From Rhizodiscina lignyota (Eukaryota), in NCBI GenBank assembly GCA_010015805.1, contig ML978132.1, positions 434,001 through 498,000 of the forward strand: 64,000 bases of DNA, written 5' to 3'. Below the pieces are notes generated by a model. It was not told the origin of the DNA and did not search any database. It was given only the letters and a program-made list of their open reading frames with translations. Positions 15,058-27,462 of the stretch are shown here, in pieces (position 1 is the first letter of the stretch; each line of letters begins with the position of its first letter). The translations under genes were made by a program, and so were the position numbers.

Positions 15058-16769
15058 ATGTGGCGCCGCACATATTTCTTCCTGATCCTGGTGCGCCTCT
15101 ACTTCGCGCTCTCGCCTAGCTACCTTCACCCCGACGAGAACTTCCAAGGCCCGGAAGTGATTGCAGGTAAGAGTTGCTGCGCTGCTGATAGCTTGAAAGA
15201 CATTCACTGACAGGTTGGCGCGTAACAGGACGCGTCTTTTCTTATCCGGCCCACCACACTTGGGAGTTCACCTCCGACTCGCCGATCCGCAGCGTCTTCC
15301 CACTATGGCTCGTCTACGGATTGCCCATGTATGTTCTGCGAGAACTATGGGAGGGTAGTGGCAGGGGCGAAGTGCCTCCGGAGGTGGCATATTATACACT
15401 TCGAATCTTGATGTTCATACTAAGCTTCGTCCTGGAGGACTGGGCGATTCAAGAGCTGGTAAAAAGTTCGCGCCAACGACGCGTCGCTATGATACTGGTC
15501 GCGTCGAGTTACGTGACTTGGACGTGGCAGATGCATACCTTCTCGAACAGCATCGAGACGTTGGTTCTGCTATGGAGTCTGGCTCTTATTGCACGGATCC
15601 ATGAGGACAAGGCATGTCTCTCACTAGACCATTCATGATTGTAACAGCGACACTGACATGCGACATCTAGCAACATTCAAGCGTCTTTGCTTGCGCCGTG
15701 CTTGCCTTCTGCACAGTCTTGGGGACATTTAATCGCATTACATTTCCAGCCTTTCTTGTGATACCCGGCCTTAGCCTTTTCCCACACTTCTGGCGCAAGT
15801 ACGTTCAAGCTCCCCTACCCGTGTGAGGCTTGAATAATATGCTGATCGGATATTTGTAGACCATTCTCCTTAGTTTCAATGATTCTCGCCGGCGCGTTTA
15901 CTCTCTTCCTAGCATTGAGCGTCGACACCTCGTTCTACAACCCATCCGAACCCTTCACATTCCGCCGCATACTCATCAATCCCCTAATCACTCCACTCAA
16001 CAACGTCCTATACAACAGCTCTCATACTAATTTAGCTGAACATGGCATTCACCCTTACTACCAACATCTAGTGGCAAACTTGCCTCAGCTTCTCGGTCCG
16101 GCTTTTCCTCTCGTCTTCTTCTCTCCGCGACGATCATGGAGACTGTATGCGGCAGCTTGTGGTGTGCTAGTGCTCTCTTGCTTCCCACATCAAGAGGCTC
16201 GCTTCCTCATGCCTGCGGTACCGCTCATTCTCTCGTCCATTCGACTTCCTAGACACCTGCTTGGTCTGTGGATTACTATTTGGATTATTTTCAACGTGGC
16301 ACTGGGCACACTGATGGGAGTGTATCATCAGGGTGGTGTCGTGCCTGCACAAATCTGGCTCTCGAAGCAACAGAATATCAGGAAGGTGTTCTACTGGAAG
16401 ACCTACAGCGCACCCGTCTGGCTTATCAACGGCAATGCGACTGCCACGGAAGTAGTGAATCTCATGGGGATGTCAGGAGATGATCTCATCCAACGACTGA
16501 TCGCTGAGGCGCCTTGTAGAAACGAGACATCCAGCACCGTAGTGGACGGTTCGGTCGTCGTCGCTGTGCCGTCCTCGGCAACCTTCATAGACCCACACGT
16601 CATGAATAATATTACGGCAGATCTGATATTTAGAGACCTATGGCGGTACAGAAATCATATCAATCTGGATGACTTGGATATCGGCGAGGAAGGAATCGAG
16701 GGGACGTTCCATAGAGTGATCGAGCGGAGAGGGCTGGTTCTGTGGGAGGTTGAAAAGAAATGCCCTTGA
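15058..16769 (+). CDS. SMP3: GPI mannosyltransferase 4 (Smp3/PIG-Z, glycosyltransferase family 22)
   Basis: [94 protein letters not shown]. Confidence 0.92.
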
Positions 16770-16985
16770 GCTCCAAGTCACGACTGCAATAGAATCCAAT
16801 CTCATAAAAATCTGGAGACTTTAAGAACGTCGAACCTATTTGTTTATTCCGTCGACTTTGGTCTTCGAACGTCCTGCGCCGAAGCCGGCGGTACGCGTGA
16901 CGCAACATCGCAGAATTTCCATATGTAAAAATCCTCCGTGAGCTCCGCGTTGTGACTCCAAGCTATACATGTCTGCAACAACGAT

Positions 16986-18229
16986 ATGAGAGCCCCCGTG
17001 CTCAGGTCAATTGGGGCCGCCCCGAAATTCCAGAGATGCCTGTATCATCGCTCATTTTCAACCTGTCGACCTCTCAAAAAAGAGGAGCTTGCACTCGCAT
17101 ACGACCTTCATGAACCTCCTGCGGGAGTCACACCTGGTCCTGCAATCCTCTTCCTCCATGGCTTGTTTGGCTCCAAGAAGAATAATAGGAGCATCAGTAA
17201 GTAAGGAATTGTGTCAATTCCATATGTATAATGTTCTAGAGGCTAACGTAAAATACAGAGTGCTTGCGCGCGAACTTTCTCGTCCGGTCTATGCTCTAGT
17301 ACGCCCACCTCTCTATACCTGCGCCCTACTAGCTTTAAAGCTCCCGATAAAAGCCAATATATGCTGAATTTTACATTCCTAGGACCTCCGCAACCACGGC
17401 GACTCCCCCCATGCCCTAGTCCACGACTACGCCCACCTCGCTTCAGATGTCGAGGCTTTCATCACCCAGCACTCTCTGCTCTCCAAGGCCCCCTCGCCCC
17501 CCACGATAATCGGACACTCGATGGGCGCGAAGACGGCGCTCACCTTGGCCCTACGCTCACCGGATCTGGTTGCGAACGTGGTGGCTGTGGACAACGCGCC
17601 CGTCGACGCGGCGTTGAAGAGCGATTTCGGAGGGTATGTGCAGGGGATGAAGAGAGTGGAGGAGGCGGGTGTGAAGAGGCAGAGTGAGGCGGACGATATT
17701 TTGAAGGATTACGCGCCGGTATGGGGCTCTCAAGTCTTCGCTTCGTCACATACTCAGACGTGACCGGATGAGTCACTATGCTTCGATTCACCGAGAACCA
17801 AAAGACCGTTTGCTCTGATCCTAACATCATTTGCACAGGAGCTTCCCGTACGCCAATTCTTACTCACAAACCTCATCAAACCCCGCGACTCGCCCATATA
17901 CAAGTGGCGGATACCACTGCGCACCCTCGCCATGAGCCTCGACAATCTGGGGGACTTCCCGTTCAAGTCGCCCGAGGAGGTGCGGTTCGAGAAGCCTGCA
18001 CTGTTCATCCGGGGCACGAGGAGCCATTATATTCCGGATGAGGTGATACCCATTATTGGGAGATTCTTCCCAAGGTTTGAGATTGCGGATGTGGAGGCGG
18101 GGCATTGGGTTATTAGTGAGAATCCGGAGGGGTTTAGAAAGGGTGAGTACTGTCCTAGAATCGCTTCGTTGAAGAGTGGAACTGATTTTGAGGCCAGTTA
18201 CAGTTGAGTTTTTACAAGATAAGGAATAA
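16986..18229 (+). CDS. Alpha/beta hydrolase, ABHD11/Imo32-like, with mitochondrial-type presequence
   Basis: LFLHGLFGSKKNNRS, DLRNHGDSPH, GHSMG nucleophile elbow, VDNAP, AGHWVISENP; Arg-rich N-terminus; several short introns. Confidence 0.88.
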
Positions 18230-18438
18230 GGGTTGTAAACGGCAGATGTCAAATAGACCGGTGGACTCTTGTCGTCAGGAGCGATACTAGAATCGGCGTC
18301 GTGGCAACATGATAGATTGTCAAGGCACGAAAGCTTTGAACTGTAAACCTTGGATTGCTATATCACTCCTTCTGTGATATGAACACCATGATATGCCTAA
18401 ACGAAGAGTAGTAGAACCAGATGCATGCCGTGACAACT

Positions 18439-19324
18439 TTAGACGCTCTCCAGCACCTGCTCCTTGAACTCCCTCTCGACCTTCTGTCCCTGCTCATCCG
18501 TCGTCGACTCGCCGTGAAGAGTAAGAAGGGCACCAAGGTCGAACTTGGGCGCCTTGAGGAGCTTCACCTTTCGTACGTGCACCTGTATTAAATGTAAGTA
18601 TTTGGTCCCAATGTATAGCAATTACAGGGAAACGTACATGCTGGAGAGGATAGATGCCCTGGCATGACTTCTCAATCTCCCTACCAATCACCTCGGGAAT
18701 CAACTTCGTGGTGAGCTGCGAGAGCGTGACGCTGCTCCCCTCACGCTGCATGATCTCCGTCATCTTCTTCCTGATCGCTCGGATCTGCGAGCTCGCAGCG
18801 TATGTCGTCTTCTTGATCTGGTTGGGACGGCGCTTGGTGAAGGCAATGCAGAAGAGGCGCAGCAGGTAGTCATCGGTTGTCTTGACCACCACGTTCGCCT
18901 CAATCAGCGTCTGCCACTTGCGCACCAGCGAGCGCAGCTTGTCCGAGGTGAAGTCGAGGCCGTGGAAGTTGGTCAGGCAGTTCTTGCCCTGGATCTCGTC
19001 GACGCGGAGCTTGACCTTGCGGAAGGAGTGGTCTTCGTCTTTCTGGAGGTCGGCGAGGGAGACTTCGAAGATGCGGCCCTTGAGGGCATCGTTGGCGTTC
19101 TTGAGACCGGTGGTTCGGTTTACGAGGGTTTTGCCAACACTTTATTGATCGTTAGTATATTTTGCTGGGTGCTTCTGCTGTTGTTGAGCGGAGGCTGCTC
19201 ACTCTCTGATGGCGAAGGTTGACGGCGCCTTGACTGAGTACCAGTCCTTCTTCGCAAAGGGATCGGTTCGCTTCTTGAGGCCTTTCTTGCCCTTCGACAA
19301 TCGCTTGTTCTTGCCGACAGCCAT
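18439..19324 (-). CDS. RPS1: 40S ribosomal protein eS1 (S3Ae)
   Basis: [74 protein letters not shown]. Confidence 0.98.
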
Positions 19325-19461
19325 GATTGCGGCGAGATGTGCAGATGTCGAAGTGTTGCTGTGATGTTTGCGGCTTCAATAGTCGTCCTGATTTTCGACT
19401 AAGTGCCAAGACTCCAATGTGTGGGCGATGGTCCGAGCGCAGCCGGAGCGCAAAATTGTTC

Positions 19462-19487
19462 CACCGTACAACGTGACTTTCACGTGT
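19462..19487. promoter_or_regulatory. Candidate RPS1 promoter motifs (CCGTACA Rap1-like; TCACGTG Cbf1-like E-box)
   Basis: ccaccgtacaacgtgactttcacgtg lies about 140-160 bp upstream of the RPS1 ATG. Both motif types are known in ascomycete ribosomal-protein promoters; binding is inferred, not shown. Confidence 0.35.
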
Positions 19488-20380
19488 TTTCGGACCTCTC
19501 CGGCTGATTGAGCGCCAAGCCTCTCCGAAAGTATGGGAAAGATCGTCGCATCGACTTCTCTTCATGGGAGATGCACGAACGTCGGCGGTCCTGACACGGG
19601 CATTAAAATAACCTCCATTGTGCAGACTCACGAGAGACACGCCCCTATGCCCTCATGTCTCCATTCTACTCGGATCTTCGACTGCACCCCGCATGGTCAT
19701 CACGTATTGGGACGAGGAGAGCTTAGCAAGACAAATGTCTGATCGTCAGAGGACAGCTGAAGATTCGTAAAGTCATCTCGCTTGACCCTATACGAAGCTA
19801 ACTACACTCGAACCGGGATATCTACATGAGTGCTTTTTCCTCTGATATTCAGAAGTGTACAACCGAACGAGAAGGTGTCATGTGGAGACTTCCAAGCGAT
19901 AAGCAGAACGCGCCGTTTCTGCCCTCGAGTCATCCAGCAAACAAGACTTGCATCTAAAGAGAATCGTTTAAGTTAATCGTCATCCACCCGAGTTTCCAAG
20001 TATTCCATTTTTGCGCCCTGGCTAATGCATGACCCTTCTTTTTCGTTTCTTTTGCATCGGTCCCTTCCGGATTCGCGAGTGGCCCACAGCTCGTGGTAAA
20101 GGAGCGACATCCCAAAAGTCAAATGATTATGCCGCCTTTCCTTCCGGAGTCTTCCCCTCCACATCTTTTCCAAGTTTCTTTCTGTCACGGAATCTTACAG
20201 CATCCTTTGAACCCCGAAATCTCAGCTGCACCTCCGCACCTGCATACAGGCCATGCAACCTAAGGGCTGCACGCGAGCCGCATGACACCGTGCTTGCGTC
20301 CTATTGCCTGCCGTACTCCAAGCCAGTGTAGCTCATGTTCACCAGGGTCTCGTAAAAGTCCCGCGCGGCTCGGTCGAGTT

Positions 20381-20988
20381 TCAGGACTTCTGCTGTTGGT
20401 TGCCCGTATCGTTCATATTGCATGCCTCGAAGCTCTGCCGGAACTGCTCAAAGTCAGGAAAGGAAATGTAGCCGTGCTCTAGTACATGAATCAGAGGCAT
20501 GAATTTTATATTGTTTTTCTCGTTTGAAATCACACGCGGGGGGAATACGTACGGCTTCGTTCCATTCCTGGCCGTCTCGCATCTGAAGTTGGCGGGCTCA
20601 TACCCAAGCCGGCACTCGCGTACGGAGCACTTTCATCGGCGGGAGATGGAAATGGAGTCATGGCAGGAGTCATGAGCCGTGAGCCGGGGGGAGAATTGGA
20701 TGCCATCTTCGACAGCATGCCTTGCGCCTGAGAAGAAGAGGCGGAAGACACGCTGGGTGTCCTGGTAGCAGAATAGCTCTGCTGGCTGATTGACGGAGGC
20801 ACTGGATTGGTTGGGAATGAGGGATGTCGCCTCTGATTCCTCGGAGCAGTAGGCGAAGTGGCCCCGTTGTAGTTGACTTGGTTAGACATGGTTGTATCGA
20901 CTGGTGGAGGAAAGTAGCTCTTTTCGGCCCAAGTGTTGCGTCGGGGAGAGGTAGAAAGGGTCACGAGGTTTGCGATGGACTCGAACAT
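20381..20988 (-). CDS. Ser/Pro-rich hypothetical protein with C-terminal HGYISFPDFEQ motif
   Basis: 152-codon ORF plus intron 20552-20479 (GTACGT..CTGAT..TAG) restores ..MERSQHGYISFPDFEQFRQSFEACNMNDTGNQQQKS*. The start could alternatively be the Met of MSNQ. Confidence 0.6.
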
Positions 20989-22695
20989 GGTGGTCGAAAG
21001 CCCGAGCCGTTCTTATATCTCTAAAAGTTTGTGTTGATATCACCGCTGGATTGGGCAACAGCTCTCGAGGGACCCCACGGACGTTAGAGTTCGCTTCCGG
21101 ATTCCGTATGAATAGCAAAAAGAAGAAGGATGATCTCACAAGGTCTCCAATTTAGTAGCAATCTGTCGCACGGGGAGGAAAGCGTAGAAGATGTGTGCTA
21201 CAAAAGAATCCATGGCACGCTTGTATGTAGGGAATAGGCCCGTTCGAGCCCTGATCATCACGCTCTTGTCCAACGCCCGAACTGTCTAGGATGCCCATGC
21301 GCTGGCAACACCACCTCTCATGCCGGCAGGCAGATCTACTGTGCTTCGCTACAGAGTCTTCGTACTTGTTCGCCACGCGGCGACGGAGGATGCCAATGAG
21401 ACATTGGTAAGAATGAAGCGGGTTCCTGTCTCGCTCGCTTGAATCACTCCCGCACGGCTGCGGCGCTCAAACAGGGAAAAAAGCTCGCAGGTACAGCGTA
21501 GCGCGCAGGCGAGTACCTCACACACGGTGGTACGTGGCTCGGAAGGCGTGGAAGCATTCGGGCTGCTGCTGCAAGGCTGATGAGTGGGGAAACGCGAACA
21601 AGACGCAGACGAACCACTACTACGAAAGCCCCATATCTGGCGCGCCGTAAGTGGTGGGCGTAATGCCGTTCGAACCAAGCAAAACACAGCGTCTAGTCGG
21701 CTTAGGCTATTCGATTGAAGCGGACCACGAATTCCCACGGCTCCCTGTAAGATACACTCCCAGACTTGCAGGCCTTGCTATCCTGGCTCGGGAATTTGGA
21801 TTGAGCTTGCGCGACTCGTGCTCAACGGCCCGCGGCAGGTTGCAGCAGGCACACAGACACACCTTTGGGATTGCGGCGGCGCATGCTAGACGCATGTTGG
21901 GGCCACAGCCGGTCCACAGGATCTCATGTTGAAGCGATTGGGCGGAGAATCCTCGCAAGTGCGAGTCTCCGCCCAGTCTGGCACGCTCGACGAGACGCAC
22001 CCGCTATCGATTGTGGAAAGAAGGAAGCAGGTCTTCTCTCCGCAAAACGCTTATACGACTTCACTCACTCAATCAAAGTTCAATGGACCTCTCTGGCCTG
22101 ACAATGGCCTGGGGCACGAAGCAATGGCAGCGTGGATGTTTCCGCGTTTCCGCGTCTCGCCGTATCTTCTGTTTGGTCAGCGCGTCGGTCGGTGAGGGCC
22201 GGGCGACTAGCACACAGACACGTCAAGTCGACTTTGTGGTACAGTAATCCCGCGGCCACACTGTCTTCATGGTATCCTATGCTGACTGCGCGTTTTCGCG
22301 GGGTCATGGAAGCATTCGAACGGTGTAGAGGCTGGCGAGCTGCCTATGGGAAGGATTTTCAGGTCGCGTGCACAATTTTCTTACGCGCCGAAAAGAGGAG
22401 ACGCAGCCTGCGTACGGGGACCAAGAACGTCGTCAGAGTGCAGTGAGAGTGCATTGAAACCGCATTTCCAAGGCATATGCCATGTACCCTCGTATCTCCT
22501 CACAATTGTCATTTCAGTAATGCAGATGCCGGATGTAGCGATGCTTAAATCTACGATCTCGATCTCATGAAACAAGTTTGATGGTAAGTTTTAAAAGGAC
22601 GATCTAATTTCTCGCGTGCTTCGGGAAGATTGAGTTCTGATATATGTAATAAGCAAAAAATAGCACTACATTCGGGCCCGTCACGGGACTTCAAC

Positions 22696-24617
22696 CTAGT
22701 GCTGCAGCGGCTGTTAGCATGTCGACCGAAGCTATGGCGGGCCTGAATTGAACACGAGTAAGAGAGAAGGCGAGGAGAGGCGACGGCGCCGGAGTACTCA
22801 CATCGACATCCTCCCAGGCTCTACCTTGGACGTTCGACAATTCCTCCATGGTCATGGTCTTTCCAGTCGTAACTGGTGGGAATGATATTAGTATCACGTG
22901 ATATCAATTCGCGACGATGTGAAGTTAAGAGAAGCTCACAGTAGCCCGCATGGATCTTCGCGTCGATCTCGACTCTGCTGTCCTCTGGAATCAACTCATC
23001 TGGAATAGGCACACGCTCGTGGATCGGAATGCCTTGCTCCACAATGGCATCATGCTTCATATTGCTCATGCTGAGCATTCGATCGATCTTTGTGATGCCG
23101 AGCCAGTGCAATATATCAGGCATCAGCGCCTGAAATCGCATGTCTTTCACCCCGGCGATATTTTCGGTGCGCTTGAAGTACTCGCTTGCCCGGTCTGCGC
23201 CCCGCTTTCGGGCGTTGTAGACGAGGTATTTTGTCACCTCGCCCAGGGCGCGACCCTCCTTGCGGAAGTAGATCACCACACCGCTGCCACCCTTCTGAGC
23301 CTCCTTGACGGCCTCCTCCACGCCAAAGATGAGGTAAGGCCGACAGGTGCAGATGTCTGAGCCAAAGACGTCACTCCCGTTGCATTCGTCATGCACGCGC
23401 AGCGCGAGTCGCACGTTTGGATCAGACATTTTACGTGGATCGCCAAAGCAGTAGACGGTCAGACCACCTATTGGTGGCAAGAATAGCTTGATGTCGCCTC
23501 TGGTGATGAGCTCAGGGTAGCTGCCACCCGTCTCCTCGAATAATGTGCGCCGAAGGTGGCCCTCGCCTAAAATTATCGCGATGACAACGTTAGTCTCCAC
23601 CGTTCACATCGATCGTGGGATTGCTGCAGAACATTCTCTGCATTAAGGGGTATTTGAAGAAGGCGAGACGTACTGATTCCAAACCGCTCCGCCACTCCAG
23701 GCAGATACCATACAGGCTCCACAGCAAACTTCGTCACAGCCAGCTCACCAGTCTCGTTCATGCAGATCTTCCCATCTGGAACAAGCCGGCCAGACTTGAC
23801 GCTCAGCTCTAGCTCGGGTAGCTTCATGTGCGCTTTCGTCACCGCGATCGTGGGACGTATCTCGACGCCATCGTGCTGAATATAGTCCTTGAACAGCCAT
23901 GGGGCCATGTGGCCAAGCGGGTCCATTGACACAATCTTCTTAGGGTCGTTCCATTGTGGGAAGGGGCCAAGCATGACGGCTGGCTCCGTGTTAGTGAAGT
24001 CTGGCTTGTGGCTGACGTCGAGTTGCTTGCTGGCTACGGCGAGGGCATGGTAGATTGAGTAGGAGCCCCCATGCGCTCCAATTGCTGCGCTATGTTAATG
24101 TAAAGCGATTCATCCTTCGAATTATAACAAAGTTGTCCATACCATTTCTCCTTCTGATAGTGCTCGGATGCCGTGAGACTACCACAGGCCCTCTCTTCGC
24201 AGGCTCTTTGTGTCCCCATTGCATAGGACACGGGTCTACGCCGGATTGATTTGGGTAGCTCGTCAAGATGATCTTGTGGGTTGTGCTAGGCCTCCGCGGC
24301 GCCGGCATCTCTGAAGTTGGGCTCCCCGGTACAGGCTGATACTCATCACTGACTTCCTTAATGCTCTCCGCTGGCTTTGGTAATGTCGGCGGTGTCTCTG
24401 AGCCTGGACGAATTTGTGGTGAAGGCTTTAGTACCGGCGAAGAGATGCCGCCAACAGCTTTGACCTGCTTGATGCCGGCAAGTATGTTGACACGGCCATT
24501 GATTTCGTCTATCGTAGAGGCAAGATGCACATTTTCTTGTTTGAGAGCTTTCAATTCACTCAAAATCTCTGTGAGAAGACCAGTAGTAGATTCTCCATTG
24601 ACTCCGTTTGTTGCCAT
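22696..24617 (-). CDS. URG1: Uracil-regulated GTP cyclohydrolase II-like protein (Urg1/Urc1)
   Basis: IILTSYPNQSG, RGPVVVSRHP, RRRNAIGAHGGSYSIY, RVHDECNGSDVFGSDICTCRPYL, YFRKEGRALGEVTKYLVYNARKR, EIDAKIHAGY; final micro-exon CAC TAG. Confidence 0.92.
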
Positions 24618-25058
24618 CTTCGTTTGCGTACTGCGCTCGAGTCCGAGACCCCAGCTGATGAAGACGACTAATCTAGCAACCAAAGCTTGAGGTGAGGGGC
24701 CACGTGCAATATATAGAGTTTACGAGATCCTCAACAAAGCTTGTTAGGCTCGTAAGTCACTTCCTTGCTCTTGCGATCTCAGATCTCCTTATTCACGTGT
24801 ACAATCGTTGAGTGTCTTTCATGTCGCTTGTGTCGGAACGTCAGTGTGACCCTGGTCACAAGATGGCTCCTCTATCGGGCAACTTTACCTTACACTACGA
24901 CATCGGGATACGCCTATCAGCACGTGCCGCAAGCGCGATTTAAGCGCAGCCGCGCCACGCCACCAGCGCCAGTCTCGTCATTTCTTCAACTTCGAAGTCG
25001 CGTCCGATTGTTAAAACCCATCTCTCCACACATTATATCGACAACTGTTTCGATAACC

Positions 25059-25713
25059 ATGGTATGTTACAAACTCATTGCCAAGCTGGAACACACACTA
25101 ACTCTATCATAGGGCAAGAGAAAGAAGGCAGCTCGCAAGCCGACAGGCCCAAAAAAGGTAAATATGAAGCTTCAAGCTGGTCGCAACAGGCAAATACGCG
25201 TTTACTGATCACTAACGCAGCGAACACCGCTCTCTACAACGTTCCAGTGCCTCTTCTGCAATCATGAGAGCTCCGTCACCGTGAAGATGGAGAAGAAAGC
25301 CGGCGTCGGCAACCTGTCGTGCAAGGTGTGCGGCGTGACGTTCCAAGAACCCATAAACTGTACGCACTTTTCCTGACCTGTCTCAAGTCTTTGCCACCGA
25401 GAGCAAGCATTGACTTATATTTTCCGTAGATCTTTCAGCACCGGTAGATGTCTATGCCTCCTGGATCGATGCCGCAGAAGAAGCGGAGAAGCAAGCTGCC
25501 GCAGATGTAAGCGGGGGTGTTGATGCAGCTGGTAGCACCGCGGTTACTTCTTCATACAGAGACATCGACGCAACAACGCGCCCCCGGGGCCGACCTCGTC
25601 CGAAAGACGACGACGATGAAGGACTTGGCTACGAGGACGATGGGTTCGTGGTAGAGGACGAGGAGGGCAGGGAGGGAGAATATGAAGTCGGAGCAGACGA
25701 TGACGACGATTAA
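25059..25713 (+). CDS. ELF1: Transcription elongation factor Elf1 (ELOF1) with acidic tail
   Basis: ATG-only first exon, [44 protein letters not shown] 25711-25713. Confidence 0.93.
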
Positions 25714-25972
25714 TAATGTCATGGTGGTACGGCGTTCGGAGGTCAGGCACAAATGGGAAAGCGAAATCCGCATGGGCAGCGACACTGCATTGGGACATTG
25801 GGCATACCTGTATATTTATTCAGTTCAGCGGTACAACAGTGTTGCCCCCATCTTTTCACGCCCTATGAATGCCATGGCTGTGTCTAGTGATTCTCAATGT
25901 TCCTCCGGTCACACGAAGTTTGACATGGCTCTAGAGGTTGGTAAGTTCTGTTCGTATTTCCGCGTCTCAATA

Positions 25973-26896
<924 letters not shown>

Positions 26897-27462
26897 TGTG
26901 GGATCTTCTGAGGAAGACCTTGACTGTGCGGCGGTATGTTCGAAATGAGAGCTGGCAAGATTGAATTTGGACGAGGAATCACGACGAGACGGTAACGAGC
27001 GAGATATATACAGCCTTAATTTGATGCTCACATGCCCACTTTCCTCTCCACCTGCGTAGTGGGAGCAGGACAGGAGATCTCAAAGCTAACCGCATGCGTG
27101 CTGACCGAGCTAGACCCTGATCTCGATCCTGCGATGCGGCGCTAACAGCGGACCGGAAGCGCACGTTAAGCGCCGTAAAGCGTCTGCCAAGCCTGCCCGT
27201 CTTGTTGCGCATGTCAACAGTCCTGAGCAACGCCTTTACAACTCTAACTTTTTTCACCCACGATCTCCTCCTCAACTCCAACTCACCGTACTCTCTTGTA
27301 GCACTTGTTTGCGATGTTATAAGTAGGCCGCATACCTTGGCCTTTCTTTCCTCCTTCTTCTTCTTTTCAACAAACCCTCTTCCAAACAAAGCCGCATTTG
27401 GCCCAAAGATGACTTCGTGACCTTTCTTCCATCGCACCAATTACTTTTGAGATCTCTCAACG

